Source: Anaerolineales bacterium
GTDB lineage: Bacteria > Chloroflexota > Anaerolineae > Anaerolineales > UBA11579
DNA length: 64,000 nt
Direction: 5' to 3'
Assembly: GCA_019454165.1 (NCBI GenBank)
Contig: CP075367.1
Span: 956,179 to 1,020,178 of the forward strand
The position numbers and the translations under genes were made by a program. Position 1 is the stretch's first letter, and each line of letters begins with the position of its first letter. A model generated the notes under the pieces. It saw only the letters and a program-made list of their open reading frames with translations. It did not search any database and was not told the DNA's origin. Below are positions 37,963 through 46,152 of the stretch, piece after piece.

Positions 37963-38322
37963 ATGCACGGGGGAAATACGAGTGACGGCGCGGACACCGC
38001 GCCACAGTCTGCTGGCATTGGCGCCAGTAAAAAGCAACAGCGCATCGCTGATCTGGTGAAGGAGCAACTGCACGGCCAGCTAAAGGAGGAGCTGGAGCAG
38101 GCGCTCGAAGCGCGCCTGGCGCAATGGAGCGCGCCAGCCGCCCCGGCTGGCGCCGAGCCCGGCCGCGCCAGCCGGGTGATCCCACCCGGCGGCGCGGGAG
38201 CGCCGGCGCCTGACCTGCGCGAGGAGTACGCCCGCCGCCTGGGCGCACTGCGCCCGGGCGACCTAGCGGCGGTGCTGGAGCTGAAGCGCGAATTCCGCAA
38301 GCGCGGGCTGGAGGTGTATTAG
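37963..38322 (+). CDS. Scaffolding-like protein (small, helical, immediately upstream of the capsid gene)
   Basis: SD AAAGGGGGAAGT precedes ATG 37963. 119 aa, charged/helical (QQRIADLVKEQLHGQLKEELEQALEARLAQW) with an Ala/Pro-rich middle. The function is inferred from position only. Confidence 0.45.
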   Translation: MHGGNTSDGADTAPQSAGIGASKKQQRIADLVKEQLHGQLKEELEQALEARLAQWSAPAAPAGAEPGRASRVIPPGGAGAPAPDLREEYARRLGALRPGDLAAVLELKREFRKRGLEVY

Positions 38323-38327
38323 AGCAA

Positions 38328-38350
38328 GGATGAAGGATGAAGGATGAAGG
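38328..38350. repeat. Tandem (GGATGAA)x3 simple repeat
   Basis: GGATGAAGGATGAAGGATGAAGG lies directly after the stop of the scaffold-like gene. The same word flanks the four-helix-bundle gene at 61 kb. Confidence 0.8.
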
Positions 38351-38388
38351 CGATACGACTTTAGGTATTTAGATGACAAGGGGGATGA

Positions 38389-39519
38389 ATGGCAATTTAC
38401 GATGGAATGAAGACAACCTACGCGGATACTGCCGCCCAGGCGCGTGCCATCAGCGATGTGGTGCAGATGATCGACCCGCGCGACACTCCGCTGCTGGCGC
38501 GGCTGGGGTTGGACAGCGCTCGCGAGAAGTTCAAGATCCGCATGAACGGGAACAAGGTCGAGCTGCTCGAAGACGAGCTCGACCCGCTGGTGACCGCCGC
38601 CAACAACGGCGAGACCATCGCGGTGGGCGACACCAGCTTTGTGGTGGCGGACGCCTCGGTGTTCCAGGATGGGCATGTGATCCTGATCGATGCCGAGTAC
38701 ATGGTGGTCAAGAGCGTGGACCTGGGCACCAACACGATCACGGTCTACAGCCGCGCCTATGGCGGCACGAACGCCACGCACGCGGCCAACGCGCCGATCC
38801 ACATCACCGCCATGGCACGCCTGGAGGGCGACGATGCCGACTACGGGCCGCTGGTGGCGTTGAACGTTCCGTTCAACTACACCAGCATCTTCCAGAAGGC
38901 GGTGCAAGTCAGCGGCACGCAGCAGGCCATCAGCCAGTACGGCATCGAGGATGAGTTCCAGTACCAGGCCAACAAGGCCGTGCCGCACTTGCTGCGCCTG
39001 GTGGAAGGCGCAGCCTTCCACGGCGTGCGGGCGGCTGGCTCCGCCAGCACGCCGCGCTCCACGGGCGGGCTAGGCGCCTTCATCACCAACAACGTGGTGG
39101 ATGCGGGCGGCGCCATCGCCAAGGCGGATGTCGACAGCCTGATGGAAGAGATCGTGATGGATGGGGGCAACCCGGACCTGCTGGTGATGAACCCGCGCGT
39201 CGCCAATGATCTGCGCGGCCTGCTGGACAACAGCACCTTCGTGCGCGTGGGCCAGGGCGAGCACAAGCTCGGCCTGGACGCGATCGAGCGCGTAGTCACG
39301 CAGTACGGCGAGCTGGAACTGGTGATGGATCGCTGGTGCCCGGTGCACACCGCCTATGTGCTGGAGAGCGGCAAGGTGGGCTTCTACACGTTGCGCGGCT
39401 TCGAGGCCAAGGAGCTGGCCCGCTCGGGCGACAGCCTGAAGGGCGAAGTGGTGGGCGAGCTGAGTTTGCTGGTGGCCAACAACAAGGCCCACGGCAAGAT
39501 CACCGGCATCACTACGTAA
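38389..39519 (+). CDS. Phage major capsid protein (HK97 fold, SU10/DUF5309-like family)
   Basis: 376 aa. The N-terminal block ISDVVQMIDPRDTPLLARLG...KVELLEDELD matches the I..I.P.DTP....G....EW.ED.L signature I associate with this MCP family. SD is ACAAGGGGGATGA-ATG. Confidence 0.8.
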   Translation: MAIYDGMKTTYADTAAQARAISDVVQMIDPRDTPLLARLGLDSAREKFKIRMNGNKVELLEDELDPLVTAANNGETIAVGDTSFVVADASVFQDGHVILIDAEYMVVKSVDLGTNTITVYSRAYGGTNATHAANAPIHITAMARLEGDDADYGPLVALNVPFNYTSIFQKAVQVSGTQQAISQYGIEDEFQYQANKAVPHLLRLVEGAAFHGVRAAGSASTPRSTGGLGAFITNNVVDAGGAIAKADVDSLMEEIVMDGGNPDLLVMNPRVANDLRGLLDNSTFVRVGQGEHKLGLDAIERVVTQYGELELVMDRWCPVHTAYVLESGKVGFYTLRGFEAKELARSGDSLKGEVVGELSLLVANNKAHGKITGITT

Positions 39520-39596
39520 GCAGGTGAACAGTGAGCAGTGAGGAGGGAGCAGGGCCGGTGGCCTTATTCGCAACTCGCTGCTGATTGTCTTGCTTG

Positions 39597-39635
39597 AACA
39601 GGCCTAGGCGAGGGGGAGCCTGGGCCTGTTTGTTT
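39597..39635 (+). terminator. Terminator-like hairpin directly downstream of the capsid gene
   Basis: AACAGGCCTAGGC-gaggggga-GCCTGGGCCTGTT (one mismatch) is followed by TGTTT. Confidence 0.5.
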
Positions 39636-39735
39636 AACTCCTTGACATGCGGATACGAATCCGCGCAAAGTGCAGCCGGCGTGCTATGAATGCGGCAGGC
39701 TGCGCGCGAATGGCGCAGCGGAACAAGGGGGATGT

Positions 39736-40563
39736 ATGTCGTACACGTTCAGTGAGTTGCTTCAAGACGCCTATACCGAATTGGGCCAGCTGCGCCGCGG
39801 CCTGGCCAGCGGCGGCAGCGCCAGCACGCTGGCGGATGCCGCCGAGCTGGCCGGCCAGTACCGCGAGGATGACTGGAAGGGCGGCGCGCTGTTCCTGGCG
39901 GCGGGCGGCATGCCGCCCGCCGGCGAGTTCGCTCGCGTGGTTGGCTTCGTCGCCAGCAGCGGCACGCTGGCGCTGGGCAGCAGCCTCAGCGAGCCGGTCG
40001 AGGCCGGCATGGCCTATGGGCTGGCCTCGGCGCAGTACCCGCTCGCCACCATGATCGAGCTGGCCAACAGCGGCCTGCGCGGCCTTGGGGATGTGCCCCA
40101 GGTCGACGAAGATGTGCTGCCCTCCAGCGCCCACACGCTGGCCTGGGCGCGCCGCCGCCCGCTGCGCATCGATTATCTGGCGGTGCCCGGTGTGAGCGCC
40201 GGCGACCCGTGGCGCACCTTGCATGATTGGGATTTTGTGCCCGCCGCGCCCGGCTCGCCCGGGATGGTGTTGTTCGCCGACCCGCTGCCGGCCGGGCGGC
40301 CGCTGCGCGTGTGGTACCTGGCCGCCCATCCGCGCCTGGCCGCGCATGGTGATGTGCTCGCCGAGGCGGTGGCGCCCGAACTGGCCGTGGCCGCCGTGGC
40401 CGAGCGTGCCCTGCGCTGGCAGTGCGCCCGCAAAGGCGGTGACGAAAAGCTGGCCCTGCTGTGGCAGGAGGCGGTGGAGGAGCTGCAAGCCGCCCGCCGC
40501 CGCTTCCCGATCTGGCGGCCGCAGCGCCCGGCCCGCCTGCTACGCCTGCGGGGGCAGGCGTGA
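39736..40563 (+). CDS. Virion-associated protein, adaptor / tail-tubular-A-like by position
   Basis: SD ACAAGGGGGATGT precedes ATG 39736. 275 aa with no recognisable motif. The function is inferred from its position after the MCP and before the large protein. Confidence 0.4.
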   Translation: MSYTFSELLQDAYTELGQLRRGLASGGSASTLADAAELAGQYREDDWKGGALFLAAGGMPPAGEFARVVGFVASSGTLALGSSLSEPVEAGMAYGLASAQYPLATMIELANSGLRGLGDVPQVDEDVLPSSAHTLAWARRRPLRIDYLAVPGVSAGDPWRTLHDWDFVPAAPGSPGMVLFADPLPAGRPLRVWYLAAHPRLAAHGDVLAEAVAPELAVAAVAERALRWQCARKGGDEKLALLWQEAVEELQAARRRFPIWRPQRPARLLRLRGQA

Positions 40564-43109
40564 GTGTGCGCGTCTACGCCGGGGCCAGCGTCGCCAGCCA
40601 CGAACTCAGCCTGAGCGATGGCGTGCTGACCTGGGGCTTGCGCTTGGAGGGCGGGGCGCAGGGCATCAAGGAGAGCGTGCTGACACCCTCCGGCTTGCGG
40701 CTCAACTGGGTCAGCGGCTTCGGCGCCTGGGAGCCGGGGCTGGCCCAGGTCGAGCAGCGTGATTGGAGCGGCGGCCGCGGCGCGGCCCGCTTCAGCACGC
40801 AGGCCGCCCGCCGCTTCTACGACAGCCAGGACGCCTGGACCCTGACGCCGGGCCGAGTACATGCCACGCCACAGTGGCGCTATGCCAGCGGCCTGCGTAC
40901 CGCGGCCCAGCGCCTGCCGGGCGATGTGCGCTGGCAGGCGCTGATCGGCGCGCAGCGCAGCCTGGCGGCCGCGTTCAGTGTGGCTGCCGGCGGCCTGGCT
41001 GCGAAGCAGGCGCGGGTCTGGCTGCGCCGGGTGGGTTCGCCCGGGCAGCTGACGCTGCAACTGCACGCGGATGCGGCCGGGCAGCCGGGTACGGTGCTGC
41101 CCGGCTCCACCAGCGCCATCACGCAGGCGGATGTTGGCGATGTCATCAGTCAGTTGCGCAGCTTCGATGTCTCCGGCTACAGCACGCCGCTCAGCGCGGG
41201 CAGCTATCACCTCTCGCTGCACGGGGCCGCGGCGGACAATGCCAGCAATCACTGGGAGATCGGCGTGCAGCGGCGTGCCAGCGGCGGGCACAGCTCGCCG
41301 GATGGCAGCGCCTGGACGGCCACCGAGTTTTGCGCCTACTACCGCGTGCAGGATGCGGATATCCCGCGCACCTTCCTGTTCTTCGAATTGCGCGGCGTGC
41401 TGTACGCGGTGGACCAGCGCGCCAATGGCAACGCCTCGCGCGTGTACATGAACGGCGAGCGCGGCGTCGCCACCAGCGGGGCGGCCGCCACGCTGAGCGA
41501 CACGAACCGCAACTGGCCGGCCGATCAGTGGGCTGGGGCATGGGTACGTATCCTGGCCGGCAAAGGGGCCGGGCAGGCGCGGCGCATTCTTTCGAACACG
41601 GTCAGCGTGCTCAGCGTGGCCGCCTGGGATCTGGCGCCGGACAGCACGTCTGAGTACATCATCTACGCCACGCCGCACTGGCGGGATGTTTCGCCGAGCT
41701 CGGGCGACCAGATCGATGGCACGGTGCGGGACGTGAGTGTGCTCAACGGGCAGGCGCTGTTCGCCCAGGGCTCCAGTGTGCCGATCCTGCGCATGCGTTT
41801 CAACGCCGGAGCTTCACCGCCCAAGCACGAATTTCTGGATGATGGCAGCAACACCGCCGACCTCCTGCATGTCTTCCAGCACAGCGAGCTTGGCCCGCAG
41901 GTGTGGCGCGGTGTGGCCAGCAATGCTCAGCTTTCGCGGGCCGCGCCGGCCGGCTGGCTTACGCCGCTCAGCTTCGGCACGGCGATCCAGTTGGGCGCGG
42001 ACGGCCAGGCGCTCCACAAGCTGTTGGATTTCAACGGCCAGCTGTGGGGCGTCAAAGCCAACAGTCTATGGATCGTTGAGCGCACTGAGCATGTTGCCCG
42101 CCACAACCTGGGGCTGGAGGCGTTTCCGCAACTGAGCGGCGGGCAACCGGCGCGGGTGTGGGAGGACAAGCTGTGGCTGGGCTGGGGCTGCAGCCTGCTG
42201 GTGACTGGCGGCAGCGGCCTGGCCGACGTTGGCCCGGGCCGCGGCGAGGGGCTGCCTGCCGGCCGCGGCGGCCGGGTGGAGGCGCTGGTGCCGCTGGGCG
42301 CTGGCCGCATGGCGGCCGCCATCGACGCCGGAGATGGGCATTCCAGTGTGATGGTGTGGGATGGCGAGGCTTGGCATGAGCTGCTGCGCGCCCCGCGGGC
42401 TGGCGAGCGCATCCGCGGCCTGTACTGGCAAAGCTGTCCGGGCAGCACGCCGCGGCTGTGGGTGGAGATGGGCGGTGAGCTGGCGTATGTGCAGCTACCC
42501 GCCTATGGCGAAAACCCGCTGGGCGATGCGGATCTGCAATACCAGCACGAGGGTGTGCTGGTAGGCAGCACTATCGATATGGAGGCCACGCTGCTGCCCA
42601 AGTTCCTCACCCAGCTCAGCCTCGTGAGCCGCAACCTGGGCGAAGGCGCACAGGTGGAGCTGGACTATCAGGTGGATGGTGAGATCGGCGGGCCGCGCTG
42701 GCGCCAGGCCGGCGGCTTCTACTCCTCGCCGCTGGATACGCTGACGCTGAACACGGGCGAGATCTCCGCCTTTCGCCCGCGCCTGCGCTTGCTCAGCCAG
42801 CGCGCCAGCAAACCGGCCACCGTGGAGGCGACCCAGCTGGAAGGCTTTGCGCGTACGCCGCAGAAGTACCAGTGGGAGCTGCGCGTGCGCCTGGGCGAGT
42901 TGCAGCTGGATGGCGGCGGCGGGCTTGACCCGGCGCCGGCGGCCTTCCTGGCCTGGCTGCGGCGGGTGGCGCGCAGCGCCGCCCGCATCCACCTGCGCTC
43001 CGTGTGGAGCGCGTTGGATGACACCTACGTCATCGTCGAGGCGCCCAGCCTGCAACGCGAGCTGGACAGCGAGGGCGGCGTGGCGGTGGTGAAAGTGCGC
43101 GAGGGATAA
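40560..43109 (+). CDS. Large virion-associated protein (849 aa), nozzle / tail-tubular-B-like by position and size
   Basis: GTG 40560 overlaps the preceding stop (GTGA) and follows GGGGG by 5 nt. The protein is beta-rich and repeat-like. The ORF-track start at 40461 would overlap the previous gene by 100 nt. Confidence 0.45.
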   Translation: MSVRVYAGASVASHELSLSDGVLTWGLRLEGGAQGIKESVLTPSGLRLNWVSGFGAWEPGLAQVEQRDWSGGRGAARFSTQAARRFYDSQDAWTLTPGRVHATPQWRYASGLRTAAQRLPGDVRWQALIGAQRSLAAAFSVAAGGLAAKQARVWLRRVGSPGQLTLQLHADAAGQPGTVLPGSTSAITQADVGDVISQLRSFDVSGYSTPLSAGSYHLSLHGAAADNASNHWEIGVQRRASGGHSSPDGSAWTATEFCAYYRVQDADIPRTFLFFELRGVLYAVDQRANGNASRVYMNGERGVATSGAAATLSDTNRNWPADQWAGAWVRILAGKGAGQARRILSNTVSVLSVAAWDLAPDSTSEYIIYATPHWRDVSPSSGDQIDGTVRDVSVLNGQALFAQGSSVPILRMRFNAGASPPKHEFLDDGSNTADLLHVFQHSELGPQVWRGVASNAQLSRAAPAGWLTPLSFGTAIQLGADGQALHKLLDFNGQLWGVKANSLWIVERTEHVARHNLGLEAFPQLSGGQPARVWEDKLWLGWGCSLLVTGGSGLADVGPGRGEGLPAGRGGRVEALVPLGAGRMAAAIDAGDGHSSVMVWDGEAWHELLRAPRAGERIRGLYWQSCPGSTPRLWVEMGGELAYVQLPAYGENPLGDADLQYQHEGVLVGSTIDMEATLLPKFLTQLSLVSRNLGEGAQVELDYQVDGEIGGPRWRQAGGFYSSPLDTLTLNTGEISAFRPRLRLLSQRASKPATVEATQLEGFARTPQKYQWELRVRLGELQLDGGGGLDPAPAAFLAWLRRVARSAARIHLRSVWSALDDTYVIVEAPSLQRELDSEGGVAVVKVREG

Positions 43110-43203
43110 GACCCCGAGTGACCAGGGAGCAGCAATGAGTGAGCAGCAACCAGTAATCAGTGAGCAGTAATCGGTGAGCAGGTACAGGTCTGCTGAGCAC
43201 GGA

Positions 43204-43259
43204 TCACTGATCCCTAATCCCTAATCCCTAATCCCTAATCACTGATCCCTGTTCACTCT
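43204..43259. repeat. Heptamer tandem repeat: (TCCCTAA)x4 flanked by TCACTGA/TCCCTGT/TCACTCT variants
   Basis: Four perfect TCCCTAA units at 43211-43238 and about 8 related units in total. The upstream half of the spacer (43110-43200) carries the inverse words (CAGTGAGCAG x4). Confidence 0.85.
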
Positions 43260-43287
43260 TGATGGCTAATGCCAGAAAGGAAACTCT

Positions 43288-43713
43288 ATGTACAGTTTTA
43301 TCTACAACGCCGGCAAGCTGGCTTTGCTGAAGGGCGAAGTGCAGCCGCTGGCGCATACGTTGCGGGCGGCGCTAGTGACAGATGCATACCTGGCGAACAA
43401 AGATGCGCATGCCGTCTTTGCCGACATCAGCCATGAGGTGACCGGCACCGGTTACACCGGCGGTGGCAAAGCGCTGACCGGTGTCACGCTGGTGCAAGAC
43501 AACGCCAATGACCGCGCCGCCTTGAAGGCCGACAATGTGGTGTGGAGCGTGGGGGCGTTCACGGCGCGGGCGGCGGTGCTCTACAAGGACACCGGGAACC
43601 CGGCCACCAGCCCGCTGCTGGCCTATATGAACTTTGGCGGTGACCACACCGTGAGCGGCGACGACTTCAATCTGGAATGGAGCCCCGAGGGCGTCATCTA
43701 CCTCGGCGAATAG
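43288..43713 (+). CDS. Conserved phage-like structural protein (141 aa)
   Basis: MYSFIYNAGKLALLKGEV...ALVTDAY...HEVTGTGYTGGGKAL...DNVVWSVGAFTARAAVLYKDTG resembles a small protein family I have seen in podophage structural modules. Its function is unknown. Confidence 0.5.
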   Translation: MYSFIYNAGKLALLKGEVQPLAHTLRAALVTDAYLANKDAHAVFADISHEVTGTGYTGGGKALTGVTLVQDNANDRAALKADNVVWSVGAFTARAAVLYKDTGNPATSPLLAYMNFGGDHTVSGDDFNLEWSPEGVIYLGE

Positions 43714-43716
43714 GCG

Positions 43717-45084
43717 ATGGCTACTTGGATCGAAGGTTTCCTGGAAAGCGAGAGCGAGCTGGCTCGCCTACCGGTGGTGACGCGCAGCGCCCATTCCACC
43801 CACTTTGAGCTGGGGGCGGGCGTGCAGCGGGCGGTCATCACCACCGCGCCGCAATACTTCCGCAGCCCGCAGGGCTGGCAGGCCTATGACCTGCAGCTGC
43901 GCGCCGATGCGGCCGCCCGCTGGGGCGCGCCGGGCGCCCCAGCACGCCTGGCCGCCGACGGCAGCGTGTGGCTGGGCGAGTACCAGCAGCACACGCGCAG
44001 CGTGGGCGTGTTGGTGGATGAGGCGTACACGCCGCTCTGCACGCTGCCCGAGGGCCGCGTGGCCGGCCCACGCTTGGTGCGCGAAACCAGCCCCTTCCGC
44101 CATGAGCTTTTGCTGACCGAGGATGGCGTCAAGGAGGAGCTGCATATCGCCAGCCTGCCGGATGGCCTGGAGGGTGGCTACCTGGTCTACGAGACCCACA
44201 GCCGCGGCGCGCGCCTCGGCCTCAGCTTTTCGCCCGGCAGCTCGATGGATGCGGCCGGCCGGGCCTGGCCGCTATATCGCTTCGAGGTCGGCGGCGTTAC
44301 CTACACCGGCCTGGCAGCCGAAGATCTGGCGCGGGCGGAGTTCCCGCTGGTGATCGACCCCACCGTGTCGTACGCTTCTGCCGGAGATGGCACCATCACC
44401 GGCTATTCCGGCAGCTACACCACCGCGCACACCACCTCGGTTCACTTCGATAGCGGGGCGGCCGAGCTGATCGTCGGCCAGGCGTTCGATACCGGCATCC
44501 CGCGCTTCTACATGTTCCGGGCCGCCATCAAGTTCAGCCTGGCGTCGCTGAATCCGTTGGCGGTCATCTATGCTGCCAACCTGCGCATGGTGTGCACGAT
44601 GGACGAGTCGACGCTGGCTGACTTCGGCGTGCAGATCGTCAAGCACAACTGGGCCGCCCAGGACCCGCTGACGAATGGCAACCGCGAGGCGGTGTTCGAT
44701 GCCTGCCTGGCGGGGACTACCGATGCGGTGTGGAAGAACACCAGCGCCATTACGGTGAATACGCAATACACCAGCGCGCCGCTGGATGTCAACTGGTTGA
44801 CGCCGGGCGGCACGGTGTACTACAGCCTGCGCAGCAGCCGGGATGCGGCCGGGGTGATCCCGCCCGCCAACGGCAACGAGTACGTACGCCTGGGGGCCGG
44901 GGCGCACAGCAACGTGAACCGCCGCCCGGCGCTAATCGTGGACTACTTCGCCGTGCCGAGTGCGGCCGGCAAGCTGGCTCAACCCAGCCCGCGCGTGCGC
45001 ATTGAGGATACGCGCATCAAGCTGCGCGCCCGCCGGCGCAAGACCTTGCTTGATGCGCGCAACAGGGGGAATGATGGCAGATAG
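43717..45084 (+). CDS. Fibre/receptor-binding-like structural protein (455 aa)
   Basis: It starts 3 nt after the preceding stop. It is beta-rich and ends in a basic tail. The function is inferred from position. Confidence 0.4.
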   Translation: MATWIEGFLESESELARLPVVTRSAHSTHFELGAGVQRAVITTAPQYFRSPQGWQAYDLQLRADAAARWGAPGAPARLAADGSVWLGEYQQHTRSVGVLVDEAYTPLCTLPEGRVAGPRLVRETSPFRHELLLTEDGVKEELHIASLPDGLEGGYLVYETHSRGARLGLSFSPGSSMDAAGRAWPLYRFEVGGVTYTGLAAEDLARAEFPLVIDPTVSYASAGDGTITGYSGSYTTAHTTSVHFDSGAAELIVGQAFDTGIPRFYMFRAAIKFSLASLNPLAVIYAANLRMVCTMDESTLADFGVQIVKHNWAAQDPLTNGNREAVFDACLAGTTDAVWKNTSAITVNTQYTSAPLDVNWLTPGGTVYYSLRSSRDAAGVIPPANGNEYVRLGAGAHSNVNRRPALIVDYFAVPSAAGKLAQPSPRVRIEDTRIKLRARRRKTLLDARNRGNDGR

Positions 45085-45403
45085 TGCAGTCTGGCTGATC
45101 GACAGCCCGGTCAGCATGCTGGCCGGCGAGCAGATCGCCTACAGTGTGGATTGGCAGGGCGCCACCAGCGTCAGCGCGCCGCACGCCACGGTGTACCGCA
45201 ACGGGGCCGACATCACCGCCGAGGCGATGGACGCCGGCGATGCGCATGTGATCACCGGCAGCGTGCTGACGCTTAAAAAGCTACGCGCCCTCGATGCCGA
45301 TGGGGGCGCGCGCTATGTGGTGCTGATGGGTGCGCTGGTGGACGGCAACCAGGAGCGGCGTAAGCTGCTGGTGCAGGTCGTCTCGGCCAGTGCAGAAAGC
45401 TAG
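45071..45403 (+). CDS. Small beta-rich protein (110 aa) ending the plus-strand structural string
   Basis: ATG 45071/45074 directly follows AGGGGGA and overlaps the previous gene by 14 nt. The product begins MMADSAVWLIDSPVSMLAGEQIAYSVDWQG. Confidence 0.45.
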   Translation: MMADSAVWLIDSPVSMLAGEQIAYSVDWQGATSVSAPHATVYRNGADITAEAMDAGDAHVITGSVLTLKKLRALDADGGARYVVLMGALVDGNQERRKLLVQVVSASAES

Positions 45404-45567
45404 GGTTTCGACACTTGCTTGTAACGCATGTAGGCGGTTGCCATCGCCCAGGCCAGCAGGCCGGCGATGCAGCCAAGCACAAGGTTGTCTCGGATCAGGC
45501 CAGTGCCTACGCCAACGCCCAGCCCGAGCCAGATCGCCTGGCGGCTGTTCATCTCGATAGGCTTCAT
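45400..45567 (-). CDS. Small membrane protein (55 aa, Gly-zipper)
   Basis: Below the ORF-track length cut-off. My translation is MKPIEMNSRQAIWLGLGVGVGTGLIRDNLVLGCIAGLLAWAMATAYMRYKQVSKP. It shares a palindromic CTAG stop with the plus-strand gene. Confidence 0.45.
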   Translation of the reverse strand: MKPIEMNSRQAIWLGLGVGVGTGLIRDNLVLGCIAGLLAWAMATAYMRYKQVSKP

Positions 45568-45569
45568 GG

Positions 45570-45839
45570 CTACTTCTGGCTGGCCGAGCCGGCCGCGCCG
45601 AAGGCCGCGCCCAGCGCAACGCCGATGGCGATGCCCATGCCGATATTGTCCGTCGCCACGCCAATGGCGACGCCCAGGGCAAGCCCGGTGGCCAACGAAA
45701 CCGGGAAGGTGTTGGCGCTACCCTTCTTGGCTTCCGGCTTCTTGGCGGCGCTCTTGGTTACAGGCTTCTTGGCCGCGGTCTTCTTGGCAGCCGGTTTGGC
45801 GGTCTTCTTGGTGGTGGTCTTTTTCTTTGCGTTAGCCAT
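45570..45839 (-). CDS. Small protein with Lys-rich N-terminus and Gly-zipper TM C-terminus (89 aa)
   Basis: SD GAGGAGAT precedes ATG 45839. The product is MANAKKKTTTKKTAKPAAKKTAAKKPVTKSAAKKPEAKKG...LATGLALGVAIGVATDNIGMGIAIGVALGAAFGAAG. Confidence 0.55.
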   Translation of the reverse strand: MANAKKKTTTKKTAKPAAKKTAAKKPVTKSAAKKPEAKKGSANTFPVSLATGLALGVAIGVATDNIGMGIAIGVALGAAFGAAGSASQK

Positions 45840-45888
45840 TTTCTCGATCTCCTCATCGGGATTGTAGTGCATTTTGAAGGGGGAAACT

Positions 45889-46095
45889 ATGGATACGGAT
45901 ATGCGTGTACTGTTCGAAGCGATCAATGCCTTGGGGGTAGTTGGCCTGCTGATGTTCATGGTGCTGGCGTTCTACCGAGGTGACTTGATCGCCCGCAACC
46001 TGCTCGACCGCATCTTGAGCTTGTATGAGGAGCAGCTGGACCAACTGAGCCAGCGCATTCTTGCCAAGTTGGAGGAGGTGATGAAGAAAGACTAG
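45889..46095 (+). CDS. Holin-like small protein (1 TM + charged coiled C-terminus)
   Basis: SD GAAGGGGGAAACT precedes ATG 45889. The product is MDTDMRVLFEAINALGVVGLLMFMVLAFYRGD...EEQLDQLSQRILAKLEEVMKKD. Confidence 0.45.
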   Translation: MDTDMRVLFEAINALGVVGLLMFMVLAFYRGDLIARNLLDRILSLYEEQLDQLSQRILAKLEEVMKKD

Positions 46096-46152
46096 GAATG
46101 GGAGTTGATCGGAGATGGTCTGGTCTTGATCGTTGATCTTTAGGGGGGAACT

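Noticed and set aside
39642-39670. A promoter call from the TTGACA at 39642-39647 (and the similar CCCTTGACA at 25274-25281).
   Set aside because: No acceptable -10 hexamer lies at 16-19 nt spacing in either case, so only the -35-like word is noted in the text.
40461-40559. The upstream ATG (40461) as the start of the 849-aa protein.
   Set aside because: It would overlap the preceding gene by 103 nt. GTG 40560, with a G5 SD at 5-nt spacing and a GTGA stop-start overlap, is a better fit.
43211-43238. (TCCCTAA)x4 as a telomere-like repeat or a CRISPR array.
   Set aside because: There are only four 7-nt units with no spacers, internal to a bacterial operon. It is too short and of the wrong architecture for either. 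It is reported as a simple tandem repeat instead.
45415-45867. A plus-strand 150-aa ORF (and the 45467-45835 ORF) across the small-gene region.
   Set aside because: There is no SD and the translation is low-complexity. The minus-strand reading gives two proteins with good SDs, ATG starts and coherent Gly-zipper TM segments.
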